From positions 78,988,001 to 79,052,000 of the forward strand of contig NC_043000.1 in the NCBI RefSeq assembly GCF_006345805.1: DNA of 64,000 nt, read 5' to 3'. This DNA comes from Octopus sinensis (taxonomy: Eukaryota). A program made the translations under genes and the position numbers. Shown in pieces: positions 11,016 to 23,633 of this stretch. Positions within the stretch are counted from its first letter, which is position 1, and each line of letters begins with the position of its first letter. The notes under the pieces are model-generated. The model saw nothing but the letters and a program-made list of their open reading frames with translations. It did not search any database and had not been told where the DNA came from.

Positions 11016-11879
11016 CACACATATATATGTATATATGTGTGTGTGTGTATACATTAAAATATATATGTCTTATACATTAAAACAGATTTGTGTGTGGTGC
11101 GTGTGTGTGTGTGTGTGTGTTTGTGCATTGTTTCCTTATGGATTCGAAACTGAGTTGCCGAATTTGACGTCTGAGTTATCACAATATTTAGTAAACTTTC
11201 GGCTACTAAATAAAGTATAATTTTTTAACAACAACTCTTTTTTACTCCAAAGATTACCTTGAAAACCAGGTCGGCTCGCACAATGTTGAGGCTTTCACCG
11301 AAGAGTAACCACTCTACCTGAACACTCTTAAAATACATGGATTTTTACGAAGGAATACTCCCGAAGATATACCCGTCAAGTTTGTTAGAATTATTTTTGT
11401 AGATAATCGTTTAATGTGAAGTGTCTTTGTTTAGTCCAGAATTCCTCCGATGTAGCACACCCATCGCATATTTTACTTCTTTTCTTCTAACTGAAATACT
11501 GTAATTCTGTATTTTGATTTGTTTAACAGAGATTTGGCTGCTATTGTAGTAGATCAAGTAACAACAGAGACACTTCTATGTGTGTGTTTTGTTGTGGTGA
11601 ACCCCACTTTTTCTTAGAATATTTTGCACAATAACTTTTAAAGAAATCTGCACATCTTACGGCTAACCATTTAACTTCTTTCGATTGTCCCCATGATGAC
11701 GTATCCCCTGAAAAAATCCCGTTGATCATACTGAGCTCAGTGTGTATTTCAATCTGGCTTTTATTTTTAGATCTCTGCCTGATAAAGTGCCAACTTTGAG
11801 ACATAGTAGGACAAAATACTCGATTTAACAAAAATTGTACGTACACGCACACACACACATACATTTTTTTCTAGTTAAA

Positions 11880-13008
11880 TTTTTTTAATTTTCAGATCAT
11901 TAAAATGGAATATCAAGCTAAGAAAAACGAGTATTTTCGATACCTCCGTCTTTTTGCTTTTAATCAAGGTTCTAAGGTCGCAAAAGCTGCTCTCGACATT
12001 TGTGCTGTGTATGGAGAGTGTGCCATAGCTGAAAGAACCGCTCGTGATTGGCATGCCAAATTCATAAATGGAAATTTTGACCTGAAAGATGTACCTCGTG
12101 CTGGCCGTACAATGGAGTTCAATGAAGAGAGATTTAACCAACTCGTCAAATGACAAGGGACCTGGCAGAGAAAATGGAATGTTCCCACACGGCTTTAGAG
12201 AAGCATCTTCACTCGATGGGAAACTTTCAGAAGTATGGAGCATGGGTTCCGCATGCTTTGAGTGACAACAACAAAAATCAACGAGCCACATTCTCCGCTG
12301 GTTTGCTTCATCGTCACCGCTCAACTCATGGACAGAAGCAACGATTTCTTTACTGAATCGTTACTGGCGATGAAAAATGGTGCCTGTACATCCATATGAA
12401 GTAGCGTTAGGAATGGCTTAGCCCCGGTAAACAAGCGACACCGCGCGTGAAACAAGATCTTCATCCACGTAAGATGATGTTGTGCGTATGGTGGGACTGG
12501 GAAGGGATTATCCATTACGAATTGTTTGAACAGAACCAAACAGTCTATTTGGAACTCTATGTTCAGTTGATGGAACGACTCAACATGGCTATTCAAGAGA
12601 AAAGACCTCATCGGCAGCATGGAATTCTTTTGCGGCACGACAAAACCCGCCCTCATATCGCCAATATGACCAAGGAAGCCATTCAAACGCATGCCTGGGA
12701 GGTGGTGCCACACCCGCCGTACTCTCCCGATTTGGCACCAAAGTTTTTCCACCTCTTTCGATCTCTTTCAAATGCTATGCGCGGAGTTTCGTTCAATGCT
12801 GATGCAAAACTGAGAGCTTCGTTGGATCAATTTTTCGAGTCAAAATCGGATGATTTCTACCAACGAGGTATTAAAAATCTTGTTGTTCGATGAGAAGAAG
12901 CTATAAAAAAAAGGATGAATACATTATTAATTAATTAGTTGATATTTGATTAAACCTTAAAAAAAATTAAAATTTCAAAAACGGCAGAATTTAGTAGCCA
13001 ACCCAATA
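11880..13008 (+). mobile_element. Inactive Tc1/mariner (mariner-type) transposon with 3' TIR only
   Basis: HTH ORF 11905-12153, WVPHAL, IVTGDEKW, HDKTRPH and YSPDLAP motifs. 3' TIR ...GCCAACCCAATA followed by TA. Frameshift and several stops. Confidence 0.95.
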
Positions 13009-13233
13009 TATGTGTGTGTGCGTATGTGTGTGTACCTATACAAACGTATCTACACGCCCACGGATATACCACATACATATGTATATAACTAAAGTCACAT
13101 ATTCATGCTGACACCCCCATACACGGATACCTATATATGCATATGCACTTAAGTACACACGCTTATGCATACACTCACACACACATATACACATACAAAT
13201 ACATACATATATAATAAGTGATATATATATATG

Positions 13234-13276
<43 letters not shown>

Positions 13277-13749
13277 ATATATGTATGTATATATATGTAT
13301 ATATATATGAATATATATATATATATATATATGAAAGAAATTAAAGGTGGTAAATGCACACAATACATCGTTTTAATATCATTTTTAACATATCTCATAT
13401 TTTTTATCGACCCGTTTCACTTTCGCAAACATGACATTGAGATTTATTTAAACAGGTATTTTCATAATAAAAATTGTTTTGTCCATGTTGTATGTGGAGT
13501 TTATGAATGAATGATTCAACAAGTAGGAAAATATAAGGGGAGGTAATTGGTAATTGTTATTATTGTGGACAGGGAATATAATTATTCATCTTTCGAGTGG
13601 GTGGAAATATATATCTATATACACAAAAAATGCAAAATCTAGAGTAGTGGTGGATAAATATGTACAGTGATGGGTATGTAATCGTGAATTAAAATATATA
13701 TAGACATCAAAGTTGGTTATGCGTGCATATTTAGTTGTCGTCTGTATTT

Positions 13750-14720
13750 TTAGATGAATAAATTTTCCTATTTAAATATTATTGCAAAGAGATTGTATCT
13801 TTTCAGTGGTAGAAGGAAGAAACTGTGTAATTTGGTTTGATGTTACCTGCATATCTCTCTATATGTTTACTTCAAAGAACCTGTTTGCATTGCGGGAACG
13901 GGATCTTCCCTTTATGTACAATGGTTCTCCGCCTCAATGTCATACACGTCTGTCCTATATAGTGATGTCCACAACCAAGCAGGTTATGTCATAAATTAAG
14001 TTCTCATAGGCACATGTAAAATTGGTTTTAATCGTGATACTATTTCCTTGTTTGAAAAGGAAAGCCGTGCCTTCAGGTAGGCTGGGGCATGTTCCACCGT
14101 TTCGGCTCTTTTATTCTTTTACTTGTTTCAGTCATTTGATTGTGGCCATGCTAGTGCACAGCCTTTAGTCGAGCAAATCGACCCCAGGAGTTATTCTTTG
14201 TAAGTCTAGTACTTATTCTATCGGTCAAGTGGGGGTTGTTGTCAGAGGCTTTATTTTTTACAAACAGAGAATCTTCACTGGATTCAGGATGTTGGTCTGC
14301 GTGCGGTTCATCAATATTTTTCACATTAAGTGAAAATTTTTTCTCATTGTGAGAAGTACAGTTTGGGGACGTATCCTTCAACCAAAAGTTGTTCACTTTT
14401 TAATAGTGTATGGGTTTTTACAACAACATTTACTATTTAATGGAAAGCTGTATTTCAAGTGTTCTCATGAAGTGAAATTTTTTCTCATTGTGAGAAGTAT
14501 AGTTTGGTAACGTATCCTGCCACCAAAAGTTGTCTGCTGTTTGTAAATAGAGTGTATTTTTAAAACTACGTTTACCAATAATTGGAAAGCTGTATTTCAA
14601 GTGGAGCAATCCAGGTTCTATTGGGACTTTTTTATTGAACTGTTTGCTTTTTCTCTTCTTCCTTTTTATTTCCTTTTGATTTCTCTCTTTTCTTTGAGGG
14701 TAAAGAAATTTGGTTTCTAC
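13750..14720 (-). mobile_element. Degenerate PLE (RT C-terminus plus GIY-YIG) interrupted by a SINE 3' end at 14100-14230; paralogs at 58230-59120 (-) and 44230-45950 (+)
   Basis: The 45640 paralog reads NFTCASENLMFEITCSDCGTHYIG...LRRRTIVH, homologous to the GIY-YIG ORF 38461-38883. Confidence 0.7.
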
Positions 14721-14877
14721 TCTCACTCTGTGAAAGTTTCTAGTTCGAATCACACTTTTCTCGAGATGTGCCGAAGATTTTCTATTTTGGATATATTTGG
14801 GGTACTTAGGTCTGCTCAGGACTTACTGCTTCCTTTTTCCATGGGTATGAGTAAGTATTTCATTAATGTCTTAGATA

Positions 14878-14939
14878 TTTATCACTGAGGAGGGGAAAAT
14901 TCTTATGAATTAACCCCGAAATTGGGACCAATACGGTAA
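14878..14939 (+). ncRNA. Type I hammerhead ribozyme motif (paralog of 8138-8198)
   Basis: CTGAGGA-GGGG-aa-AATTC-ttat-GAATT-aa-CCCC-GAAATTGGGACCAATA-CGGTAA, with one stem I mismatch. Confidence 0.65.
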
Positions 14940-15177
14940 TAACGGATTTTTTAGAAATTTCTATCGGCTTGTTTCGAGACGCATAAATTATAATGGTTAT
15001 TGACAATTTTGCTTTTGTTTCGGCATATTTTATAAGTTATTTATAAATTTAACCTTTAAAGGTACTTTTTGATATGCTGGCCATTGATAAAATATTTTTT
15101 TTCGAAAAAATTTTATCCTACACTAGTTGTGTATATATATATATATATATACACACAACTAATGTAGGATAAAATTT

Positions 15178-15241
<64 letters not shown>

Positions 15242-15729
15242 ATAATAAGAGTAAATAATTTCTATAAAGGCTTTTAAAAAAACCCCAATTATTTACTGGT
15301 AGAATTCGGTATGTAAATATAGCCGATTACCGGCAGGAACTTCTGTAAAGTTCAGTATATATATTGTATATAAGAAAAAGGGACAGGCAAACAGGTTGCT
15401 TGACCGCATACCGAAAAAATAGAAATAGCAGTCAAGAATGCTTATTTCTATCAAAGTTGGACTCCGGGCACGACAAACCCTGTAATTCACATATGCAAAA
15501 CAGAAGGAATAGATAACGAAAACGAAGTCTTGTGGTTATCTGTGAACATCATGTTTCTGGATTATAAACATATTGAATATATATTTCATATATATTTTTG
15601 ATATATATTTCATATACATTGCATATATATTTCACATCCTTCTTCAGCACAGCTTTCCATTGAAAAAGATTTATCATAGATTTATCAAATGCTACGTACC
15701 TCAAACCTTCTGACCATGCGACATCAAAA

Positions 15730-15777
<48 letters not shown>

Positions 15778-16008
15778 CATACATACATACAAACATACAT
15801 ACATAGCATATACATACAGACATACCTACACACACGAATGGTCGATTTTAGTTTCTGTGTACCAAATACCCTGAAGAGACTTTCTCGACCCGGAGCTAGA
15901 AAAGAAGACACTTGCCCAGGTTGCAATGGCACAGTGGGACTGAAACTTGAAGCAAGTTGTTGGCAACCAATTTTTTTATTATACACACAGACACACACAC
16001 ACACCACG

Positions 16009-16084
<76 letters not shown>

Positions 16085-16090
16085 TATATA

Positions 16091-16500
16091 GGCGCAGAAG
16101 TGGCTGTGTGGTAAGTAGCTTGTTAACCACATGGTTCCGGGTTCAGTCCCACTGCGTGGCACCTTGGGCAATGTCTTCTACTATAGCCTCGGGCCGACCA
16201 AAGCCTTGTGAGAGGATTTGGTAGACGGAAACAGAAAGAAGCCCGTCGTATATATGTATATATATATATATGCGTGTGTGTGTTTGTGTGTCTGTGTTTG
16301 TCCCCCTAGCATTGCTTGATAACCGATGCTGGTGTGTTTATGTCCCCGTTACTTAGCGGTTCGGCAAAAGAGACCGATAGAATAAGTACTGGGCTTACAA
16401 AAGAATAAGTCCCGGGGTCGAGTTGCTCGATTAAAGGTGGTGCTCCAGCATGGCCGCAGTCAAATGACTGAAACAAGTAAAAGAGTAAAGAGTAAAGAGT
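16091..16500 (+). mobile_element. tRNA-derived SINE with internal (TA)n(TG)n tract and tail GACTGAAACAAGTAAAAGAG; other copies at 19647-20141, 45182-45584, ~42560-42690 (-), degenerate at 15840-15960 (-) and 16640-16770
   Basis: GTGGCTGTGTGGTAAG and GGTTCAGTCCC boxes plus a shared body (GGATTTGGTAGACGGAAAC...CGGTTCGGCAAAAGAGACC), repeated many times in the window. Confidence 0.9.
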
Positions 16501-16559
16501 ATATATAAATATATACATATATGTATGTATGTATATATATATATATATATATACATACA

Positions 16560-16614
<55 letters not shown>

Positions 16615-16779
16615 TTGTGTGTATGTATAATAAAAAAATTGCTTGCCAACAACTTGGTTCCAGGTTCAATCCCACTGTGCGATTGCAGCCTTGGCAAGTG
16701 TCTTCTTTTCTAGGTCCGGGTCGAGAAAGTCTTGTCAGGGTATTTGGTAGACAGAAAATACCATATGTATGTATATATG

Positions 16780-17012
<233 letters not shown>

Positions 17013-17014
17013 TG

Positions 17015-17529
17015 CATATGTGTACGTATAAACTTGTTTTCAGACAAATATTTTGGTCGTATCAAAGTTATCTGCCGCCGTTTCTCCTTAAACAAATATT
17101 ATCGACGTAGACTAAGAAGTGTGAAAATACCAGTATGAGTTCGAAGCAACCTCTTCTGGATTTATGTATACATGCATTTCGTAGTAACTTCTCTCCTCAG
17201 CATCGAATATCGCGAAGAGAGGAACTCCAAAAAGACTAATGAAAATGGTGTTAACTATTTTCTCAACAACGAGGATGTACACTAACGCATTTAAATATCT
17301 CTCAGGCATATCTCATTTGAACTAGTAAGTATTGCATATTCTCAATCAGTGATTGGTGCTTCTAATCAACATTTTATCTTAGCTGGGTAGCCGAAAAGCG
17401 TCATGATTCACAATGTTTTGATTGGTTTCCTATGACAGAAACCTCATCTCTTAGTTCGGATAGGTACATAGATACATATATAATGTATGTATGTAGGTAG
17501 GTATGTATGTATTTATATAATCATATATG

Positions 17530-17584
<55 letters not shown>

Positions 17585-17700
17585 ACACACACATATACAT
17601 ACGTACAATTTTGTGGATAAACAAATTATGGATCCTAAATTAGGCGTGGTCGAGTTCGAGATTTTAATAGATGTTTTATTGAAGATAGAGATTTAACTTG
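17015..17700. repeat. Dispersed duplicated block (paralog at 63165-63980), possibly a very decayed PLE RT
   Basis: High DNA identity by eye. The minus strand has only a weak FLVYVDNI motif. Confidence 0.6.
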
Positions 17701-17904
17701 GAGGGAGAAAGATTCGGAATAGGATTATTTCATAATGTTAGCTGATGTAGTTCACCAGAATATAAACCAGTAATGGAAACAAATAAACATTGGATAGATC
17801 CGACCTGGGTCTTTCAGTTAGAGAGATAAAAATCTGTCATTTCAGACCATGATGCTAGGAAATATCAAGGTAAAATTGTTAGCGTAAATTTGCTCTGTTA
17901 ATAT

Positions 17905-18385
17905 ATAAACATTAATATATTTGTACTTGGAATAATCGTCGTCTGTTAATATCTATATGTTTATACTTGAATTTTTCATCGTCTGTTAATATATAAATAT
18001 CTATAAAGTTATACTTGAATATACATCCTTCATTTAATATATAAATATCTATATATTTATACTTTAATATTGATCGTCTGTTAATATATAAATATCTATA
18101 AATTTATACTTGAATATACATCCTTCATTTAATATTTAAATATCTATATCTTTATACTTGAATATTGATCGTCTGTTAATATATAAATATCTATAAATTT
18201 ATACTTGAATATACATCCTTCATTTAATATATAAATATCTATATATTTATACTTGAATATTGGTCGTCTGTTAATATATAAATATCTATAAATTTATACT
18301 TGAATATACATCCTTCATTTAATATATAAATATCTATATATTTATACTTGAATATTGATCGTCTGTTAATATATAAATATCTATC
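17905..18385. repeat. 95-bp AT-rich minisatellite, each unit made of two related ~47-bp halves
   Basis: GTCTGTTAAT recurs at 17981, 18076, 18171, 18266 and 18361. Confidence 0.9.
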
Positions 18386-19119
18386 ATCCACGTTAAATGT
18401 TTCCGGGTGTAAGCTGAAATCTTTGAGCGTGACAAAGTGTTTTCTGTAATTAGAATCATTGGACCCCATCTGTTGATTCCATATATAAATATAAAAACAT
18501 ACACACTCACACACACACATTCAAACACACATATTCACACACACGCATACACGGGTATCAACACACACACACACACATATATATACAGATAGATAGACTG
18601 ACGGACATACAGAAGGACGGGCTGATAAGTAAATAGATAGATAGAGAGAGAGAGAGACAGAGAGAGAGAGCAACAGAGAGGTTTGGTATGTCTTTCTGAC
18701 ATACGAACAACTTTGTTCTGGGCTAAGTCCCATTACACGGCTGCTTTTTTGACTGACATCTAGTATAACATCAGGCCACTCGTGAAGCTTGTAAGTGGAT
18801 TTCGTAGGCGGAAACTAAATGAAGCTTGTCAAATATGAGTATGCACGTGTGTGTATGTGTGGAGTCATGTCGCGTGGATGTGAGTATATTTCTCTGTGTG
18901 TGTGTGTGTGTGTGTGTATTTGTGTGTGCTTGTGTGTTTTTGGGTCTTTGTGTATGTGTCTGTGCATGTGTATGTATCTGTGTATGTGTGTGTGTGCGTG
19001 CATGTGTGTGTATATTCTTGAATGATTTTTTTGTTTCTCGTACGGTATATATAATCGGCATTAGTCTGAGCAAGTTTACTTGTTATATTCCAAACTACGC
19101 AAGGAAGCATAAGTTGAAG

Positions 19120-19460
19120 TAACAGATCTGAAAATAGTAGACGAGTTTGTTTCCTTGGGCAGCATACTCAGCTTTTATTGATTCCTAGACAAGGAAATAT
19201 GAAAAGACTTCAGAAAGCAACTGCTTCCCTCAGGATTTACTTGTCTCATGTCTTGACCCAACAAATATTATTTGTGGCCGCATATGACTTTCCGATGCTG
19301 CGCTCAACAGTCATCAACAAATTCGTAAAAAAGACGACTATTGTATGTTCATAATTATACGTTGCGTGACATGCAATAGGATGTGGAAATGTTTGCAGTC
19401 CAGAGGTGGTTTAACTAAACACAATACATTATATCAGAATATGCTTCTGCATACTGATAT
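19120..19460 (+). mobile_element. Possible decayed RTE-type LINE 3' fragment
   Basis: VDEFVSLGSILS resembles VxxFxYLGS. CVTCNRMWKCLQSRGGLTKH resembles the RTE C-terminal C2H2-like tail. Confidence 0.4.
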
Positions 19461-19838
19461 ACCTATAAGCAGCTTTGTTTGTGCAGTCTCTCGAAACACA
19501 TGTAGAAGCTTAACAGGCATAAATAGCAACTGTGGTCGAATGTAAGATGTATTCCATGATGAGATATGACAACAACCTTCAGACATGAGGATCATTTCTT
19601 ATTCGCCAGCACATGACTTGAATTTTTCTAACTATAGAAAATGTAAGGAGTGGCTGTGTGGTAAGCAGCTGGTTTACCAACCACATAGTTCCGGGTTCAG
19701 TCCCACTGCTTAGCACCTTGGACAAGTGTCTTCTACTATATCCTCGGGCCGATTAAAACCATGTGAGTGGATTTGGTAAACGGAAACTGAAATAAGGCCG
19801 TCATATATATGTATATATATATATATAAATATATATAG

Positions 19839-19933
<95 letters not shown>

Positions 19934-21079
19934 TGTGTCTGTGTTTGTCCACGCAACATCTCTTGACAACCGATACTGGTGTGTTTACGGCACCGTAACT
20001 TAGCAGTTCAGCAAAAATGACCCATAGAATAAGTACTAGGCTTACAAAGAATAAGTCCTCGGGTGAATTTGCTCGGCAAAAAGGCGGTGCTCCAGCATGG
20101 CTACAGTCAAATGACTGAAACCAGTAAGAGAGTAAAAGAGTAATTCTGAACTAATTTGGCCAACTTTGTTATTCGTCATTTCCGGGTCAATAAAAGAATA
20201 GTAGTTAACAACAAATCATTCAATTATTGAAGTATTGAAATGCTTTTCATCACAGATCTTCAAATAGATAACTCGATTATCTAAAATGGTCTTGACGAAG
20301 TTTACAGTTATAAATCAAACAAAAATGTTCGGCAGCTTTATGTTTTATTCAAAAACGTTATGTTTGTAATATTTACAATTCTTAAAAATATCAATATAAA
20401 TTAACTGTTCTTCATCAGTAACGTTGCCTCTGAAAAGAATAAAATTACAAGAAATCAATATATTTTTTAGATTGGACATAGAAATTAAAAACAATAACAT
20501 AGACTAAGTATCAAGTTGGATTTATATTTCAAAATGCATATATTAGATTAGATGTATATATCACATTCTTTTACAACAAAGTATGAATATTTCACCAGGC
20601 GCAGAAAAGCTTAACTCACGAACTATATTCTGAAACGTGAGATAATATATAATAAAATTTAGAATTCTGTATCGCAATGCTACTTACAATGATGATGCAA
20701 TGTGAAAGCTAGTCTGTTGATTTCGCAAGAGTAGCAATAAAGTTAGTTGAAACATTTAAAGTTAATAATTTTCATATAGATAATGAATATATGCAGATAT
20801 ACAAAATCTCGTGTTTACAATGAAGGGAACATTGGCTTTCTTCAAGATAATGGTAGGGTCAATGAAATTGAACTACTTCAAATAAAGACAGAAATCCAAT
20901 TGCTGATACAATTTTGTTTGTACGACAATGTAGTAGAGTGTAGTACAGTGAGAGCATTGCAATGTTTATGCTAAACATTATTCAATTCTTTGTTGTTTTC
21001 TCTGTTTACAATGACTAACTATATAAGGATGAGACACGTTATATTAGGGAGATCAAAACTAATAGAAAACTTTACTCAC

Positions 21080-22896
21080 CTCTTTATAACAATCGTATTT
21101 GGTACACTTGACATTTCCATTTGAACAACGACAAACATTGCATCTATCTTGAGTCATAAATGTTTTTCCATCTGGGATAGTTTTCCCATAATATTGGCAT
21201 GTAGTTGGGGGACAGTACATTTTAGTACAGGATACTTGACCAAACTGTCCGCATGTACAGGTGTTGCAGTCATCTTTAAATGTTTCGCCAGCAGAATAGG
21301 TTTTTCCTTTGTGTATACAGGGTTTCGTGCATGTTTTCTGCTCACAAACCACCCTTCCCTCAGAAGTGCACTGACATTTGTTGCAATCATTATACCATAT
21401 AGAACCAATGTCGTAATGCTTGCCGTTGTAATTGCAGGTACATAGATTTGTAGTGCAGTCTACAGTACTATCGGCTTTGCATGTGCACGTGTTACAATCC
21501 TTTCTAAATTAATCCCCTATTCCGTATGAGTTTCCATTGTAAAAGCAATTACGCGGGTTATTAGTACAGCTGACTCTACCGTTCACTTCACACGTACATG
21601 TATTATAACCTTGTCTAAATGTTTGACCTACATTATAAAGCTGGTTGTTGTAAGTACATTTGCAAACTTTGGTTGTACATTGAACATATCCAGTTGATAA
21701 ACATTGGCATTGGTTACAATCTTCGTGAAATCTCTGACCAATTTTATAAAACCGTCCTTTCCGTGTACATCGACACGTTTTATATGTGCAGTCTACTTGT
21801 CCGTTATGCTGACATGTACAAGTGTTACAGTCATCAGTGAATGCCTGTCCGATATTATAAACTTTATGATTGTAAGTACAGGTACATGGATTTGTAATGC
21901 AGTCTACGGTACCATCGGCTTGGGATGTGCACGTAATACATCCCTTTCTAAATGTTTGACCTATATTATAAATCTGGTTGTTATAACTACATTTGCACAT
22001 TCTATATGTGCACGCAACTTGACCGTTATGTTGACATGTACAATTATTGCAGTCATCAGTGAATGTCTGTCCCATATTATAAACCCTGTGTTTGTATGTA
22101 CAGGTACATGGATTTGTAGTGTAGTCTACACTACCATCGATTTTACATGTGCATGTATTGCAGCCGTTTGGAAATGTTTCTCCAATTCGGTAGGTATTTC
22201 CGTTATAAATGCATTTGCATCGCTTGTTTGAACACTGGACTGTACCACTAAACAAACATTGACATTCATCACATTCACCAAATCTTTGGCCAATATTATA
22301 GGTCCGTCCTTGGTAAGTACATTGACAGACTCTTGTTGTACAATCTACTTGTCCGTTTATACAACGGCAAGTGTTGCAAGCGTCAATGAAAGTTTGACCC
22401 TCTTGATATTGTGAATTTTTGTAATAACAGCCACATCTATCACTGTTACACTGCACTGTTCCTGTAGTTTGACAGGTGCAAGTCTTACAACCATCATTGA
22501 AACTCACTCCAACGTCGTAGTCTTTACCATTATACTGGCAGTGACACACGTTATTAGTACACTGAATATAGCCAGAAGAAAGACATTTACATCTATTACA
22601 TTTGTCTTGGAATTTTTCACCCTCTTGGTATACCTTTCCGTTGTAAGTACATCGTTTCGTGCAGTCTTTGTTGCTACATTGTACCTGACCACCGTGTTTG
22701 CATTCACATGTATTACAGGATTGCTGGAATGTCTCTCCTACTCTGTAACGTCTACCTTGATAGATACAAGTAGATTCCTGCCCGTAATCACAACGCAAAT
22801 TTGTACAGACTGCTTTGCCTTATTCATTACATACACAAGTGTTGCAGTCGATCTTAAATATTCCTCTATACTTCCTTTCATTATGTGTACATTCGT
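21080..22896 (-). pseudogene. Single large exon encoding 16 tandem six-Cys VWC/pacifastin-like modules (kielin/chordin-like family); two premature TAA codons
   Basis: Acceptor TTTCCTTTACAG|22896 and donor 21080 GAG|GTGAGT. One frame of 605 codons with the repeat C-x-Y-x-G-x2-Y-x2-G-x2-F-x3-C-N-x-C-x-C-x3-G-x-V-x-C-T-x3-C. Stops at 22820-22822 and 21509-21511, and several Cys->Tyr/Ser/Arg changes. Confidence 0.8.
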
Positions 22897-23122
22897 CTGT
22901 AAAGGAAAACATCAACTGATAATTATTTCAATTAACCACAGAAGATTTATCTCCTGAAAATGAATATGTATATTCCAAAATAAATCTTCACATACATACA
23001 AACATACACACAAAACACACACTCACACAGACATATATATAGACATGAATAAATAAATACATACATACATACAACATATGTATATCCATGGATGTACTTG
23101 AATATGCAGGTACAGGTATATA

Positions 23123-23160
<38 letters not shown>

Positions 23161-23164
<4 letters not shown>

Positions 23165-23364
23165 AATTAAGGACTGAGCACGAAAAAGGGGACAGTCAAC
23201 ATGCTAGATATAGACGTCAAATCCCCATTCTCCACAAAAGATTATGTTCTCAGATCAAACTTGAGTTTGATCTGAGAACATAATCTTTTGTGGAGAATGG
23301 GGATTTGACGTCTATATCTAGCATGTTGACTGTCCACTTTTTCGTGCTCAGTCCTTAATTGGTA
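23161..23364. repeat. Near-perfect 204-bp palindrome flanked by TA dinucleotides
   Basis: 23161-23261 pairs with 23264-23364 around a 2-nt centre (TG), with one mismatch. Confidence 0.95.
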
Positions 23365-23456
23365 TATATAAATATTTAATCTTCGGATTCTTTTTTTAAT
23401 ATGCTAGACCACTGGTTTTAATTGATAAATATTGATTTCTACCCTTAATTAATTTT

Positions 23457-23496
<40 letters not shown>

Positions 23497-23580
23497 TTTA
23501 TACATACATATATACATACATACATACATACATACACACTGACACATATGTATGTACTTATATAAATATGTATGTATATA

Positions 23581-23614
<34 letters not shown>

Positions 23615-23633
23615 CATATATATATATACATAT

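Noticed and set aside
16091-16180. tRNA genes at SINE heads
   Set aside because: A/B-box-like motifs run straight into SINE bodies and no cloverleaf can be drawn.
17905-18385. CRISPR-like array
   Set aside because: No unique spacers, and the context is eukaryotic tandem repeat.
21509-22822. Editing or readthrough rescue of the two TAA codons in the cysteine-rich exon
   Set aside because: It would need double editing to Trp, which other modules never have at these positions. Independent Cys losses indicate decay.
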